64,000 bases of DNA, from NCBI GenBank assembly GCA_965287045.1, contig OZ336885.1:22444001-22508000 (forward strand), written 5' to 3'. The notes under the pieces are model-generated. The model had not been told where the DNA came from and did not search any database. It saw only the letters and a list, made by a program, of their open reading frames with translations. A program made the translations under genes and the position numbers. Every line of letters begins with the position of its first letter. The stretch's first letter is position 1. Source of the stretch: Carcharhinus amblyrhynchos. Its lineage: Eukaryota. Below, piece by piece: positions 25,336-37,758 of this stretch.

Positions 25336-28300
25336 AATAGAAATTTCTGATTAGCTACAGGGTGGTTGGAGTGTCACTATTTTAGTTACGTGCATTTATT
25401 TTAGTGGAAACCATCATGTTCACAATACAGCTAAATATATTTCCACATTCATATTTCTTTAACAAGCAGTTAGTGCTGTAAAGTGCAAAGTTTTGCAGTT
25501 CCCCTTTACCCAAGTTTGGAATTCTGGCCTGGGTTTATCAGACACAGCAGATCTTAATGTGGCTTTTAAGTTTTTGGTCAGTAGTTGCAAACAACATTTC
25601 ACCTTTTTCAGCATGATCACTCTGCATGTTGACTTGCACAAAAGGACCTGCCCCTCCTTTCCATCCTGAACCTAGTTGATGCTATTCACTCTTTCTTAGT
25701 CAGTATTATGCCTTATTGGAGCCACTCGTTACTGACTGGGTCAGCTTTTGCTCTCTTGGCCAGGAGAAGTTGTTGGCTGAGTTGGCTATAATAGCAATTC
25801 CCCTCTCTGCATGATGTCACTGGTGTTTTTATCATGCTGAAGGCTGACATTTTTATCCATGTTGCATGCCATTTTAGCAAATAATCCATTAAAGGTAACC
25901 ACGAAAGTAAAACGCACAACCATTAAAAAGCTCCCGCAAACTGCCTTTTGACTTGCCATTGGACCATAATACGTGCAGACATTGTGTAAATGTAAGCGTT
26001 GAGATTACTGCATGCCCTTTACTTAGGAAAACATGTCACACCTGAGCAGTCATTTGCTGAGTGACTTAACGTATTGGGAAACATTTAAACAGATTATGTA
26101 AATATGGCTAGTTGAGAACAAAATGAATTTTCCACAAGCAGAATAGATGCCATCAAAAATGTATTAAAATCCTTGAGCCGTTATGACAATTGGTGACAAT
26201 TTAGTTCCTCTTCAATCCCTCTTCAATCCTTCAATACACAGATCCTCCAAATGTGGTAGTGGGGTGCTGCTTCTCTCTCTGTTTCCTACTTGCCAAGAGC
26301 TGCGAATCTGAAGGCACCTCTTGGGGTCCTGCTGATTTTTAATTTATCACAATTTGCTTACTACATTCTTTATTCATTGTTAATATGTTTCTCTTGCATC
26401 TCCTATACCCCCTCACTGTTAACATGTGTGATGTCCTGTTCACAGTTCCATTTCTCCATTCACCTCTGTCCAACCTGCCCCTACTCTTGCTGCCATCTCA
26501 GAGTAAATGTTGTAGTGGAATCTCCCGCTGACTGATCTCAAAACATCAAAGCCCCTCACTTATGGCCCTCTGAGTTCAGAGACTGCTCTTCCCCTATGTG
26601 TCTCTCTCCACCGTAGCCTTTGGCACCTTTTTCATCATCTCCCCATAGCTCCTGCATTTATCCTTCACCAGCTTCTGCTGCCACCTACACCTCTTTGACC
26701 CAGCTACATCAGAGGTCCCTGCTGTAATGCCCAGCACGAAAAAAAGATGCAGTTACCAAAAGTAGCCAATTCTTTAAAGAAAATGTTTCCTTACCCTTAT
26801 TGGGAGGAAAAATACCAATTGCATTTTTGGTTTCTGATCCAAAAAATTAATTAAGTGGTAAGAATGATGATTTCCCGGCCTTACCCTAGAAAGCATCCTG
26901 TTCCAAACTCCAACCGATCCAAAGACTGACTCATTACTCTGAGGGAAGACTGAACAGGTGGGATCCCTCTTCAGAAAAGGGGCAACTGATTGGTGACCTG
27001 ATTGAAGTCTTTAAAATTCTAAAGGAGTTAGATAGGATAGATGTAGAGAGAATGTTCCTTCCTGTGAAGGACTCCAAAACTACAGACCATAATTACAAGA
27101 TAATCATTCATTAATCCTCTTTCAACTTCCCCGTCTCTGCCAGCTTTATTATTTCTTTACCTTTCTCTGGTAACGTTTATATAAAAAAAAACTGCCCCTT
27201 TTCATCATTTATTTTGTTCCCTTGTTTCTATCTCAAATCTCAATCATTTTCCTTGCCAGCTAACCCCCACCGTCTGACTTATTGTGGGCTTTGTTGTGGG
27301 AGATTTCCAGATGATCAAAGAACAATCGAGAATTAGTTTTTTTTTAAACAAGCTGCTAATTTGAATGATTTCGTTTCTTCATTAAATTGAATTTTGAAAA
27401 TAATGTAAGATGCATTTTTTAAAAATTAAAGTGCTTACGTTTCAGAGATATCAAATGCTGCAAATGTTAATATACTTTGCTAGATTTCACTGTAATGTGA
27501 TAAGATCCTGGTTATTATACTTGGTATTCCATTATTTTCCTCTAGTTAAGGCATTTCTGTATCATAAACCAACATTGAAATGGGTCAGTTTATAAGATCA
27601 GGAAATTTGAGGGAAAAAAGTTTAAACTTGCAAAGTTAAAATGTGAAATCTCAATGACTTTGAACTACTTAACTGTGTGGGTACTTTTTTACAGAGGCAA
27701 AGCCTTGCTCATTTAAAATGAGTTAAAGCCTGTGTAAGTTTGCTCATAGTGGAATGTAATGGAGATTTGTCAAGCTTTCTGTATGTGCACTTTCCCAGAC
27801 AGACAATTTACTATTTTAGAATTAGACAAATAGTTGCTGAAGAGATTATAACACCAGAAAACTTGTTGGGGGAATCATTAATCGTTTGAAATTCAATTTT
27901 AATTTAAGATTTTATCCAGCTGTAGGAATGCGCTGCGAATTTTGCTTAACAAAATCACCTGGACACCAACCAATAAAGGGGCTTTCATTGTGGAACCTTG
28001 TTTGAAAATTGAGACTGATTAGATTACAGTCCAGTAAAACATTTCAAGTCCCCCTCCCTCTCCAAAATTGACCTGCTTTTATCCCTGAAGAAATCTGTTA
28101 GTAATGCAGCTGTGTCGCAGCTGTACCCACATGCCTCACCTCCAGAATTGCCATAAAATTGCCCTCAAATGCAGACTAGATCCCTGATTAATTAGAACTC
28201 TAGACTGTTTTCTAATCAGTTCCGTGTTGCCATGAGTTTTCTGTTTTGCACTAGTTAACAAAATCACAAACTCTTTGTAAATGGGTTTATTAATTTATTT

Positions 28301-29622
28301 ACACAAAATGCACAGAGGACATTGCTCCACTCTTTCCGTATATTGTGTGAAACACTATTACTATTTTTTTTTCTCAGCTATGTTGTTGTTTCAAATGATT
28401 TGCTGCCACAAAAATGCTTTTTATATCTATCTGACCCTTGTTCTGCAGAAAGCTGATGTGGATGTTAAAAGCTGATTCTGCCTCCCTCCCTTTCTCACCA
28501 TGGAGATTGCGATGAAGCAATAATGATGAATAATAGGCCTCAAGAATTTACCAAACTATGGCACTTGTTCAAAGCGTTGCTTTGCTATGACCAGAACTGT
28601 CTGCTAAGGTTGGAGTTTGGGCTCCATTGTTGTAGATTGCCTCTCAGATGTAACTTATTCTGAATGAGAAATTGCGTCCCTAAAAGTAACTCAGCACACA
28701 AAGAGAATGCCCTCTTTGATTTGTCAACTGGCTTTAGTGATACCTGGCACAAATTAAAAGATTGTGATGTTAGTGTTAGTTCTTTAACATGGTGACATGA
28801 TATTCATCTGTCTGCTATTTTAATGAATCAAGTCACTTGTACAAACTAATTAGGTTAGTCTTATCACTAAAGTTGCACACAGAGGAATGTTGCGCTTCCA
28901 TCCACACTCTGCAGTTTTCACAGATGAAGTTTATACATCTACTTCAGCCGAGTGGACATACAATGGGACCTCTTTACTCACTCAGAACCAGTGAATTATG
29001 CCAAGGTTCCATTCAGTGGAACAGCTTCGCAATAAGGATACTTAATCAGCAGGGATACGTCGAAGCTTGGGTATTCTGTAAGGGAAGGTTTTAAGATGGC
29101 CATATAATCTGCGTCATCGACATTTACAACTAAAGAAATTATCTGAAAGTTGAGCTTTAAGCTGCTTCCAAATAGACTTTACTAGACTCTGTAGGCTAGT
29201 CAGGTTCCTACAAGTTCGCAGGAGCAGATGGCTTGTTTCAGAACTATACAATTCTATCACTGACAAGGCAGTGATTAAAAAGTTCAGAGTGACCTGGATT
29301 GTTGGTTTTTGTAACATGGGAATTTTTGAGAACTTGGAATGTAAATCCATGAATTTTCACCATGTTGGCTGCACAAAACAATAACAAATTTCCTAATTTA
29401 TTTGCTCTTCACCTGCATTTAAATGAAAGTTTAAAAATTAAATAACTTTTCAGTGATTGCGTTGTTTCATCAACCATGTCAAATATCCATGCATCTGTCT
29501 GTAAACCCAACATTAAAATCACAATACGAATTATTGGCTGTGACTGAGTATAGTCCAAGCATCTCAGATTGCCCAATTTTATTTGTGTTTGGTTTTTGCT
29601 ACGAGACTGATTTAAACTTCTT

Positions 29623-29746
29623 AGCTCTGATTTTACCGGCACGTTGCCCAAGGCTTTTAAGATTGCGCCGAGGCCAATGGGGAATGCCGTTCTGTGAGCC
29701 TCGCCTGCCGCAATTTTGAAGTGGCTATGCTGGTAAAATCAGGGGT
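29623..29746. mobile_element. MITE-like palindromic element
   Basis: 19-bp imperfect TIRs AGCTCTGATTTTACCGGCA / TGCTGGTAAAATCAGGGGT, plus internal complementary arms. Confidence 0.65.
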
Positions 29747-30381
29747 TTTGTGTCACATTTTAAAACTTCTATAACAAATGACTAAAAATATTGTTGGCAA
29801 AGTTCATTTTCTTTTTCTAGACAACCTACACTTTAAACCACACAAAGGAATATCTTAGCTCAAATGAAAAAAAAACACACTCCATGAATATGTTGTCTTT
29901 TATATAGACAGTCAGTTTTCCCACAATCAGTCACAATTATTACTTAGCTCCCAAGGTTCATTCTTGTTCTTTACTTTTCTCAACTTGGTAACTTGCAATC
30001 TTAGAAATGTCTTCCACAGCTTTTCTTTTTCCTGGCAATTCTCCCTCTAGGCCAAGCTAGGCAACTCCTCCAGCCTCATTTTAAATACCACAAATTTGAT
30101 GTTTTCCACCCAACTGCTAGTCTCCACCCCCATTCCTCCACAGTACACCTAGAACCCTTTGGTCCCGGGCTGCTTCCCCTCTCCTGCATCCAGAACAGCT
30201 CACGTGACCCCCTTCATTTCACCCTAAATTTGAAAAAAAAGTCCCAAAACATAATCTTGTATATTTTATGAATGTTCCACCTTCCGCCTAAAGAATGAAA
30301 AGTCACTATCATAATGGTGAGCTTAATCAAATAGGCATTAACCAAAATATCAGAACTTATAACTATTTAACAACAAACATA

Positions 30382-30558
30382 ATAAAATCATCAAACCCCT
30401 ACAGTGCAGAAGAAGGCCGTTTGGCCCATCAAGTCTGCACTGACTACAATCCCACCCAGACCCTATTCCCATAACTCCCACCTATCTACCCTGCTAATCC
30501 CCCTGACACCAGGGTCAATTTAGCATGGCCAGTCAACCTAACCCACACATCTTTGGAC
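30382..30558 (-). mobile_element. 3' half of a HE1/V-SINE-like SINE
   Basis: Matches the 3' part of 33790-34095. Confidence 0.75.
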
Positions 30559-31596
30559 TAAGTAGCACTCTTCCACATGCTGTCAGATTTTTTCATTAAA
30601 CAGTCCATCTTGCTAACCTGTGTCAGTCCAATACTTGTAATTCTTACAATCTCTCTCATATGACTGAGAAATGATTTGTTACAAACAGCTCCTTTCTCAT
30701 GAGGATCAAAGCTCACATTTTCATGTGTGGTGCCATTGATTCAGTTTGGGAAATTTTATCAAGAACAATATCGTTGACTTCTGAAAATCATTTTAGCTTT
30801 TAAATCCCATCAGGTGTGAATTGGAGACTCAGTCAAAATTTGCTGTTGCAATGCTTTTTACCCACTGGACTCATCATTTCATTCCTTTGAAAAGCCTGAT
30901 CCTGTGCCGTCATTGTGGGTACTGACTTTTTAAACAATGTCTTTGGACCATCCTGTTTTGATTTTACTTTTTGATCACTATTCATTTCCAGAGATGTCTT
31001 TAATGTCCAAAATTGAATAAAAATGTCTCCGTTAGCCAACGATCCAAATTGTCTGTCTTCCATTGAAATACAGAATATTTAGTTCTCCTTCATCGCTTTC
31101 AGAATTTTGTTGCGATGTTTACATTCCAATTTTTTAAAAATCCAGGTGCCTTTTAAAAAAGAAAATTAGTTCTCTGTTTACTACTCTTATTGTTTTGCGT
31201 CTTTCCATTCAAACTGAGCTTTGTTCCATTCCTTCCAAACAAAAGTCAAAACTGCTTAATTTTGAAATTTTACTTTCCACTGTAAAACTTGAATATTGCC
31301 CGTAGTTTCATTGCATCAGCATTAGCTGCCGATAGGCCTTTTTGCTTCAAAGCACTGTCATTCTTTACTTATCCATTAGCCTGGAAGTTTGTTGTTGTGT
31401 TCTGTTTTGACCTCTATGGTTTAGAATCTGAAGACATGTTTAATCGAGACAGATTCAGCTCATTTGCATTTGACTTCAACTCTTCATTGTCAGTTGGAGG
31501 TTTCAAACGTTCTTTATTCTCAGTCTAAACATCTAATTTTAACAGTACTTTCTAAGATGATTACAGAGTGTCTGAATTCTTTAGTACATTGTTAGT

Positions 31597-31888
31597 TTTA
31601 ATGGACTTGCCTGATGATGGTAGCATTCGTTTTAATGGACTTGCCTGATGATGGTAGCATTCGCTTCCCCACGAGGTAATTCCTAGAATGAAATTGACGT
31701 TGTCAGTAGGCAAGTTAGACACCACTCCAACCGTAAGACTTATTGACTGAAACACAGGTTAAATTTACACTATAGAACAAGCAAACAGTTTCCATCAATG
31801 CCCAGTGTTCTCCTCATACACACTTTTCAATTAATGAATTAATGAATGCCCAGTGTTCTCCTCATACACACTTTTCAATTAATGAATT
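31597..31888. repeat. Two short perfect tandem duplications (about 33 bp at 31597-31663; about 48 bp period at 31797-31888)
   Basis: TTTAATGGACTTGCCTGATGATGGTAGCATTCG x2; AATGCCCAGTGTTCTCCTCATACACACTTTTCAATTAATGAATT x2. Confidence 0.9.
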
Positions 31889-32649
31889 CTTTGGAGAGAA
31901 ACCTACACTTTCTGTTAGCATTCAGCTTTGATCTGACCCTATAAACCAAAAGATAACAACATTTTCCATCCACTTATCTGACAAATCACAGTTATTTCAC
32001 CTTCTAGTGTAGAACTCATATGTTTTGCTCTGATTTGCTCCCACTCTGTTTACGTTAGATTTTAGTTTGTTGCAAGGTTCCCTCACTGTAGCAGTGTTGG
32101 ACACCCACATAAAAGCTACCAGTTTCACTTTTAACTTTTAGCAATCAGCTTTTACATGCCCTGTGTTATGGCAAAAGTAACATGTTAGCCTTTAGTCTCC
32201 TTGATATTTATCTACTGCATTATCTGTTTCACTACTCTGAGAAGTATCTTTCCTTTTCACTTTCAAGATAATTAGAGTTCTGTTCAGTATCAACCTGTTT
32301 CTCCAGTTTTTGTGTGCTTGTAGCACTGATTTGCTGCAACCAGGTGTTTGTGAGACCACTTGTATCTATCAGTCAAAACAGCAGCTTCCGTTGTTTTGGA
32401 AACTTTGTGGTCTTCTAGAGGGTGCTTGATACCAAAACAGAATCCAAATTTTATTCTCCACTGCCCTCAACAGCTGTCTGCACTAATGTTAACTGTTCAT
32501 GTCATCTTAGGTTTTCCTTTATGCATGCTTTCCAGGTGTTGTCCCAGGTGCAGTACCTTTTTCGAAACAATCCCATTATTTTTGCGTTATGTGTTGAAAA
32601 CCTGTTAGCTTCTGTGACATTGCTACATCAAACAAGTTCCTCTTAATCC

Positions 32650-33095
32650 CAGCTTTCTTGAACACCCATTCATTTGGCCATCCATAACACGCATAAACCT
32701 CTTCAGTTTCATATGCTCTTATTCAAACCTCATCACTTCTTAATGGTCCAGCTTTCACAGCCGTACATTGTCACCGACCACATGAGAGCTTTCAGAAGAC
32801 AGATTTTTGTTGTAATTGAGATGCTGTAGCCCTTCCATATTTATTTAAGTGAGTTCACAATGCCGTGACCCTTGTTAAGTTTAGCCCAGATTCCTTTGGT
32901 ATCTTTGCATCTTCCATGATGAATGACCCAAGGTAGATAGAGATAGACGGTTATCAGTCTGTTCAAGCTGAACTCCATTAATCAGAATCTTATAATTCTT
33001 TTTATCCACCGCCTTGTTTTGTCCCATTGATCAAGAGATTATCTTCCTGGTTAACTTGATCAAGATGATCTCCCAAATCCTGTAGCTCCTCCAAA
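32650..33095 (-). mobile_element. RTE-clade LINE fragment inserted in the gag region
   Basis: Reverse complement: YLGSFI...WKGYSISITTKICLLKALMWSVTMYGCESWTIKK. Confidence 0.75.
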
Positions 33096-33789
33096 AGGAA
33101 TATTACTTCTAAGTTCTTCCATTAACAATGCCACTAAGACTTTCAAAATCCGGTTGCAATTTAGCTGTATCAGTTAGACATCGTTTGTTTCCTTCACAAA
33201 AACTGATCTGTTTCTTCTGCGAGTTTCTAAACTTTTGTTTGTAAGCTTCTGGAATCAGCTTGTGTGCATTAAGCACAACAGTCTTAACAATGTCATAATC
33301 TGCAGACTGCTCATTCAAACCTCCAATCATTTTCCACCAAAACATTTTTTAATAGAACTGTCCAAATTTATTGTGGCAATTGTAACTTCATAGCAATTTT
33401 CTTGAATGAGACAAAATACAATCTTCTTCCTCACTGAGTTTAGACACCAGACAAACATTCATGCCAAATCATAATTAGTTGAGTTTGGTGAACCACCATC
33501 AGAAGCATTATTTGAAGACTTGCCTTAATGTATCATATCTGTATCATGAGGTGAAGATTTGTGCCACGGTGCTCACCTCTGTGTTGAGCATCACATAGTG
33601 TAGCTTGGGAGCCCCACTCTGGGGTTGCACTTTCTGCCTCCTTTCCTGCTGAGGAAGACAGTAGGTTGAGAGCAGCACAATTCACTGGACTCTGTTCTCT
33701 CTGGACCCTCACCTCAGCCAGCTGAGCTTTTTATTTCTACTGTCCTCTTCCAATGCCCTTCCAAAACAGCCGGTCTCAGGAGATCTTCG

Positions 33790-34095
33790 AATCCTGGAAT
33801 CCCCACAGTGCAGGAAGAGGCCATTCAGCCCATAGAGCCTGCACCGACAACAATCCCACCCAGGCCCTATCCCCGTAATCCCATGTATTTACCCTGCTAG
33901 TCCCCCTGACACTGAGGGGCAATTTAATGTGGCCAATCTACCTAACTTGCACATCTTTGGACTGTGGGAGGAAACCAAAGCACCTGGAGAAAATTCATGC
34001 AGACACAGAGACATAAAATGCAAGTTTCATACAGTGACCGAAGGCCCTAATTGAACCTGGGTCCCTGGCGCTGTGAGGCAGCAATGTGTCACTGC
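33790..34095 (-). mobile_element. HE1/V-SINE-like SINE
   Basis: Same body as 5175-5473; box B GGTTCAATT. Confidence 0.8.
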
Positions 34096-34149
34096 ATTGC
34101 CCTCATGGCTGCCAGCAACCATCTCTCAGTTGTTAGTGTCAATAAGTGC

Positions 34150-34800
34150 CATCTGCATATCCCACTTGCAGGTGTCCTTGTAGCAGGGGTATGGACACCA
34201 GCTCACCCTACAGTAGCTCCTTTTTTTATTTGGCCTCTTACATCTGATGAACACAGCTGAGCCGATAGTCTTTAGTTGGCTTAACAACGAGTGCATGCTG
34301 ATGGAATTAACATGCTCTGGGATCGCAATTTAGTGACACTCCTGCCAAGGGATGCTGAGGATATGCCTGAAACAGCTGTTGTGAAAACTACTCATACTTT
34401 TCTCGTGCCTAGTATATGTTGTCCATAGGGGTACGCTGAGAATGCAGACTTAGTAGACTAGAAGTTTGTCCGCCATCAGACTGTTGTTGTTCTGCAGCCT
34501 CTTAGCTTAGACATAACAGCTGCAGCCTTTGTTCTATATGTGTTGATTTCAGCATCAAGTGGCAGATTGCTGGTGATTGTGGAACCTAGATATATGAAGC
34601 TATCAACTGCCTCTGGTGTCACATGACAGCAGTTTTCCTGGTGCTCTTTACAAGAGAACCTGTCCATTTGCTGCTGAATGTGTTTCTTGGTATGGAATCT
34701 AGTGCGACATCAGTTTAGAGCAACTCTCTAATCCCCTCATGATTCGATGAGTTTATCCAGTAACTACATAAGCTTTTCAAATCAGGTTTGTCTCCACTCT
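34150..34800 (-). mobile_element. Decayed RTE-clade LINE fragment
   Basis: EAVDSFIYLGSTITSNLPLDAEIN..KAAAVMSKL. Confidence 0.65.
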
Positions 34801-35945
34801 GTTGTTTCAGCCTATTTCACTGGTATGGAGGTAAAGATGTTACCAACTGACCACCTTGTCTTGTGGTTGGGAAAGTTGCCAGCCAAATTTTCAGTCATGG
34901 CCGTTATTTCAGTGACGTGTGCTGAAAGTTTGTAAGAATGAATATTGAGATTACTGAATCTGGCGCAGCTATAATGCTTAGTCATTGGCAATGTTCACAC
35001 AAGAATAATGGCCACTTCAGAATGCTATAATTGCCTGTGGGTGAAAAAGACCTTCAGGAGACGATGATAAAATTGGCATGGTAAACGATATCAGGCAGAA
35101 CATAGTGAAGCCTGGAATGTAAAACAATGGTTATCTACAACAGCAGACAAATCTGGTTGGTATTTGGGCCTAGTTTGGAAATCTAGCTTGACAACCAAAT
35201 GCCCTGATATGTCACCTGGCTTAATCTATAATCAAATTATTCAGCTACCCAAGAGCCCAAACTCTCTTTGTATCCAATGATTCCTGTCTACACTTCCTTT
35301 GCTATCTTCGGTATTGTAGGCACCCTCTGTCTTGCTCTGCATGGCTGCCTTTTCCTGTGTTTTCTAAATTGCAGATGTATTGAAAATAGAGGCCTAAATT
35401 CTAATATTGTGATGTACGCAACTGTTATTGAACATTAAATTACTTTGCTTTGTTGAGCTACCATGGAGCTGATAAGATATTTTTCTGCTGTTCTGCTTTT
35501 TGTTCCTTTTTCCAGATCTTTATATCATTTCCTTCAGGGAAAAAAATGTAATTAATGAAAGTGTTTGATTTAAGAGATGGAAAGTACGTGATGTTGCTTT
35601 CCATTTTAATTTCAAAGTGTTGAAAGCTTTCCCTAATCTTTTGGACCTTCTTGTAACAATTGAGAAACTGCATTATGTATTTTTGCTTAGAATAATTTGG
35701 CAAAATAATTGCACTGAATTGTACTTTATTATTTTGTAAAGTATCTGTAAGAATATACATGTTTTATGCTTATCACTTCATAGGGTTGCTTTCAATAAGC
35801 ATATCAAAAATAATTGAGATCAAATACCAAGTATTTGTAATAAGCATTAAATGTATCTAATCTAATGTGATCTACTTATTTTTTATTTTAAGCTAGCATG
35901 AGAAATATGCGTAGTCTTGATTATTTTCACTATTATTTTATTTAG

Positions 35946-37191
35946 GCACATGGCCACACATTCACCACAAAAAACACATAAGTGCACCTACTGTGAAAAA
36001 ATGTTCCACCGGAAAGACCATCTGAAGAACCACCTTCAGACACATGATCCAAATAAAGAGGCTTTCAAGTGTGAAGAGTGTGGCAAAAACTACAACACCA
36101 AGTTGGGATATAAACGCCACCTAGCACTGCATGCTGCCACCAGTGGTGACCTGACCTGCAAAGTGTGCCTTCAGACATTTGAGAGCACAGAAATTCTGCT
36201 TGAGCACCTGAAAACGCATTCGGGCAAGTCATCGAGTGGAGTTAAGGAGAAGAAGCACCAGTGCGACCACTGTGACCGACGGTTCTATACTCGGAAAGAT
36301 GTTCGGAGACACATGGTAGTCCATACAGGCAGGAAAGACTTCCTTTGTCAGTATTGTGCTCAGAGATTTGGCAGAAAGGACCACCTGACAAGACACATGA
36401 AGAAGAGTCATTCGCAGGAATTGTTGAAAATTAAGACTGAACCATCCGATATGATGGGACTCCTTCACTCCAGTCCACCCATAACAGTGAAGGAAGAACT
36501 TAGTCCAATGATGTGCATGGCTTCTAAAGAGACAGTAGGTAAACCATTTACTAGTTTACCAATGAGCATGTACAGTCCACACATTCAAGCCATGACAAAT
36601 TCAGGATCATCACATAGTTTGGTCGCTAGTTCTCTAGCTATGGGAATGGGTTGCCAAATGGAGGCCCCATCCTCAATTCATTCAGCACCCCCTCAACCCT
36701 CTTCTAAATATCAGCTTGGATCTACCTCATATGCCACTGGCTTGCCTGAAAAGCCAACGGAAAGTTACTTAATGGACTTGCACAGCAGTTTGCCACTTTC
36801 ATCCCATGAATCTCAGTCTTCACCAGCTAAAGTAGGCTTAGATTCACAAAGTGGCCCTCTGGATGACATTTCTGGTGAAAATTTGCTTTCCAAAAGCCCT
36901 GCTATAATTACTGAATCCCTCTGTACAGCAAACATGGACTTTTCACATTTACTGAGCTTCTTACCACTGAACCACCCTACGTACAATCCACCTGTTTCGG
37001 CGGGGGGGCTGGTAATGGGCTATGCGCAAAGTGAGCCTCAGTCCTTACTTACCTCTCTTCAGCCTCAGCTGCAGGACTCCCAAGGGTCTGGAAACGGTCT
37101 GAACCTTGGGCCTCTTCACCCATTGTCTCCGGTCTTTACCACCAGTCTGAGCACAACAACGTTGCCACGTTTCCACCAGGCTTTCCAGTAA
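35946..37191 (+). CDS. PLAGL2: PLAGL2 last coding exon (rest of ZF2, ZF3-ZF7, repression region, C-terminal activation domain)
   Basis: Acceptor TTTAG|G CAC ATG. Encodes HMATHSPQKTHKC...KKSHSQELLKIKTEP...KEELSP...KYQLGSTSY...DFSHLL...GGLVMGY...TTLPRFHQAFQ*. The C-terminal motifs resemble PLAGL2 more than PLAG1, and the gene is tail-to-tail with TM9SF4 as mammalian PLAGL2 is. Spliced CDS is 1506 nt = 501 aa. Confidence 0.93.
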
Positions 37192-37709
37192 ACTGCTGTT
37201 GGATCTTTTATTCAATAAATCTGTGCTTGGAGTGGAATTTTAATGAAGCGCACAAAGCTTTCTCAAAGGACTCAAAGGAAGCTCAAGCTTTGGAGAAGCT
37301 TTTATAAGGCAGTTTCCGTTATTCAGTTTAATCCATAATATGGAGGGTTTTTTAAAAAAAAACAATCTATTAGCAACTGACGAGGCATGTACAAACAATA
37401 AGCCTTTTGCTTTCTACACTCTAACATGGATACAAATCCACAGGAGGGCTGAACATATCAGAACTCTTGAGACGTGGATGAGTTTTAATGTGAAAATTAC
37501 TCCCCAGATAGCTACATGTTTCATTTATTTCTAATATACATGGAGATCTGTTACGATTGAGAAGTTACTTCATGAGCTAAAAGTCTGCAATAGAATTACA
37601 GGGAAAAAAATTAGTGAAGGATGGGAAAAAAGTAATATAGTTATTATAGCATTATGCAATGTGTATTAATCTCTGCTTTGTCCATATTGTGTTTTGAAAC
37701 AATATTTTG

Positions 37710-37758
<49 letters not shown>

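Larger units (their letters stand above)
29780..33490 (-). mobile_element. Decayed Gypsy/Gmr1-like LTR retrotransposon (gag only recognisable)
   Basis: Gag motifs YFVSFKKIAMKLQLPQ*IWTVLL, DYDIVKTVVLNAHKLIPEAYKQKFRN and EAAVLTDRYKWSHK. CCHC knuckle CYFCHNTGHVKADC at 32141-32182. PPT-like TTCATTCTTTAGGCGGAAGG-TG near 30278-30300. Confidence 0.7.

Noticed and set aside
31610-31670. Tandem CTGATGA motifs as hammerhead or C/D box candidates
   Set aside because: No stem II or GAAA box; explained by a simple tandem duplication.
35917-35945. ORF-track N-terminus MIIFTIILFR of the 424-aa ORF
   Set aside because: Intronic polypyrimidine tract; the real exon starts at 35946.
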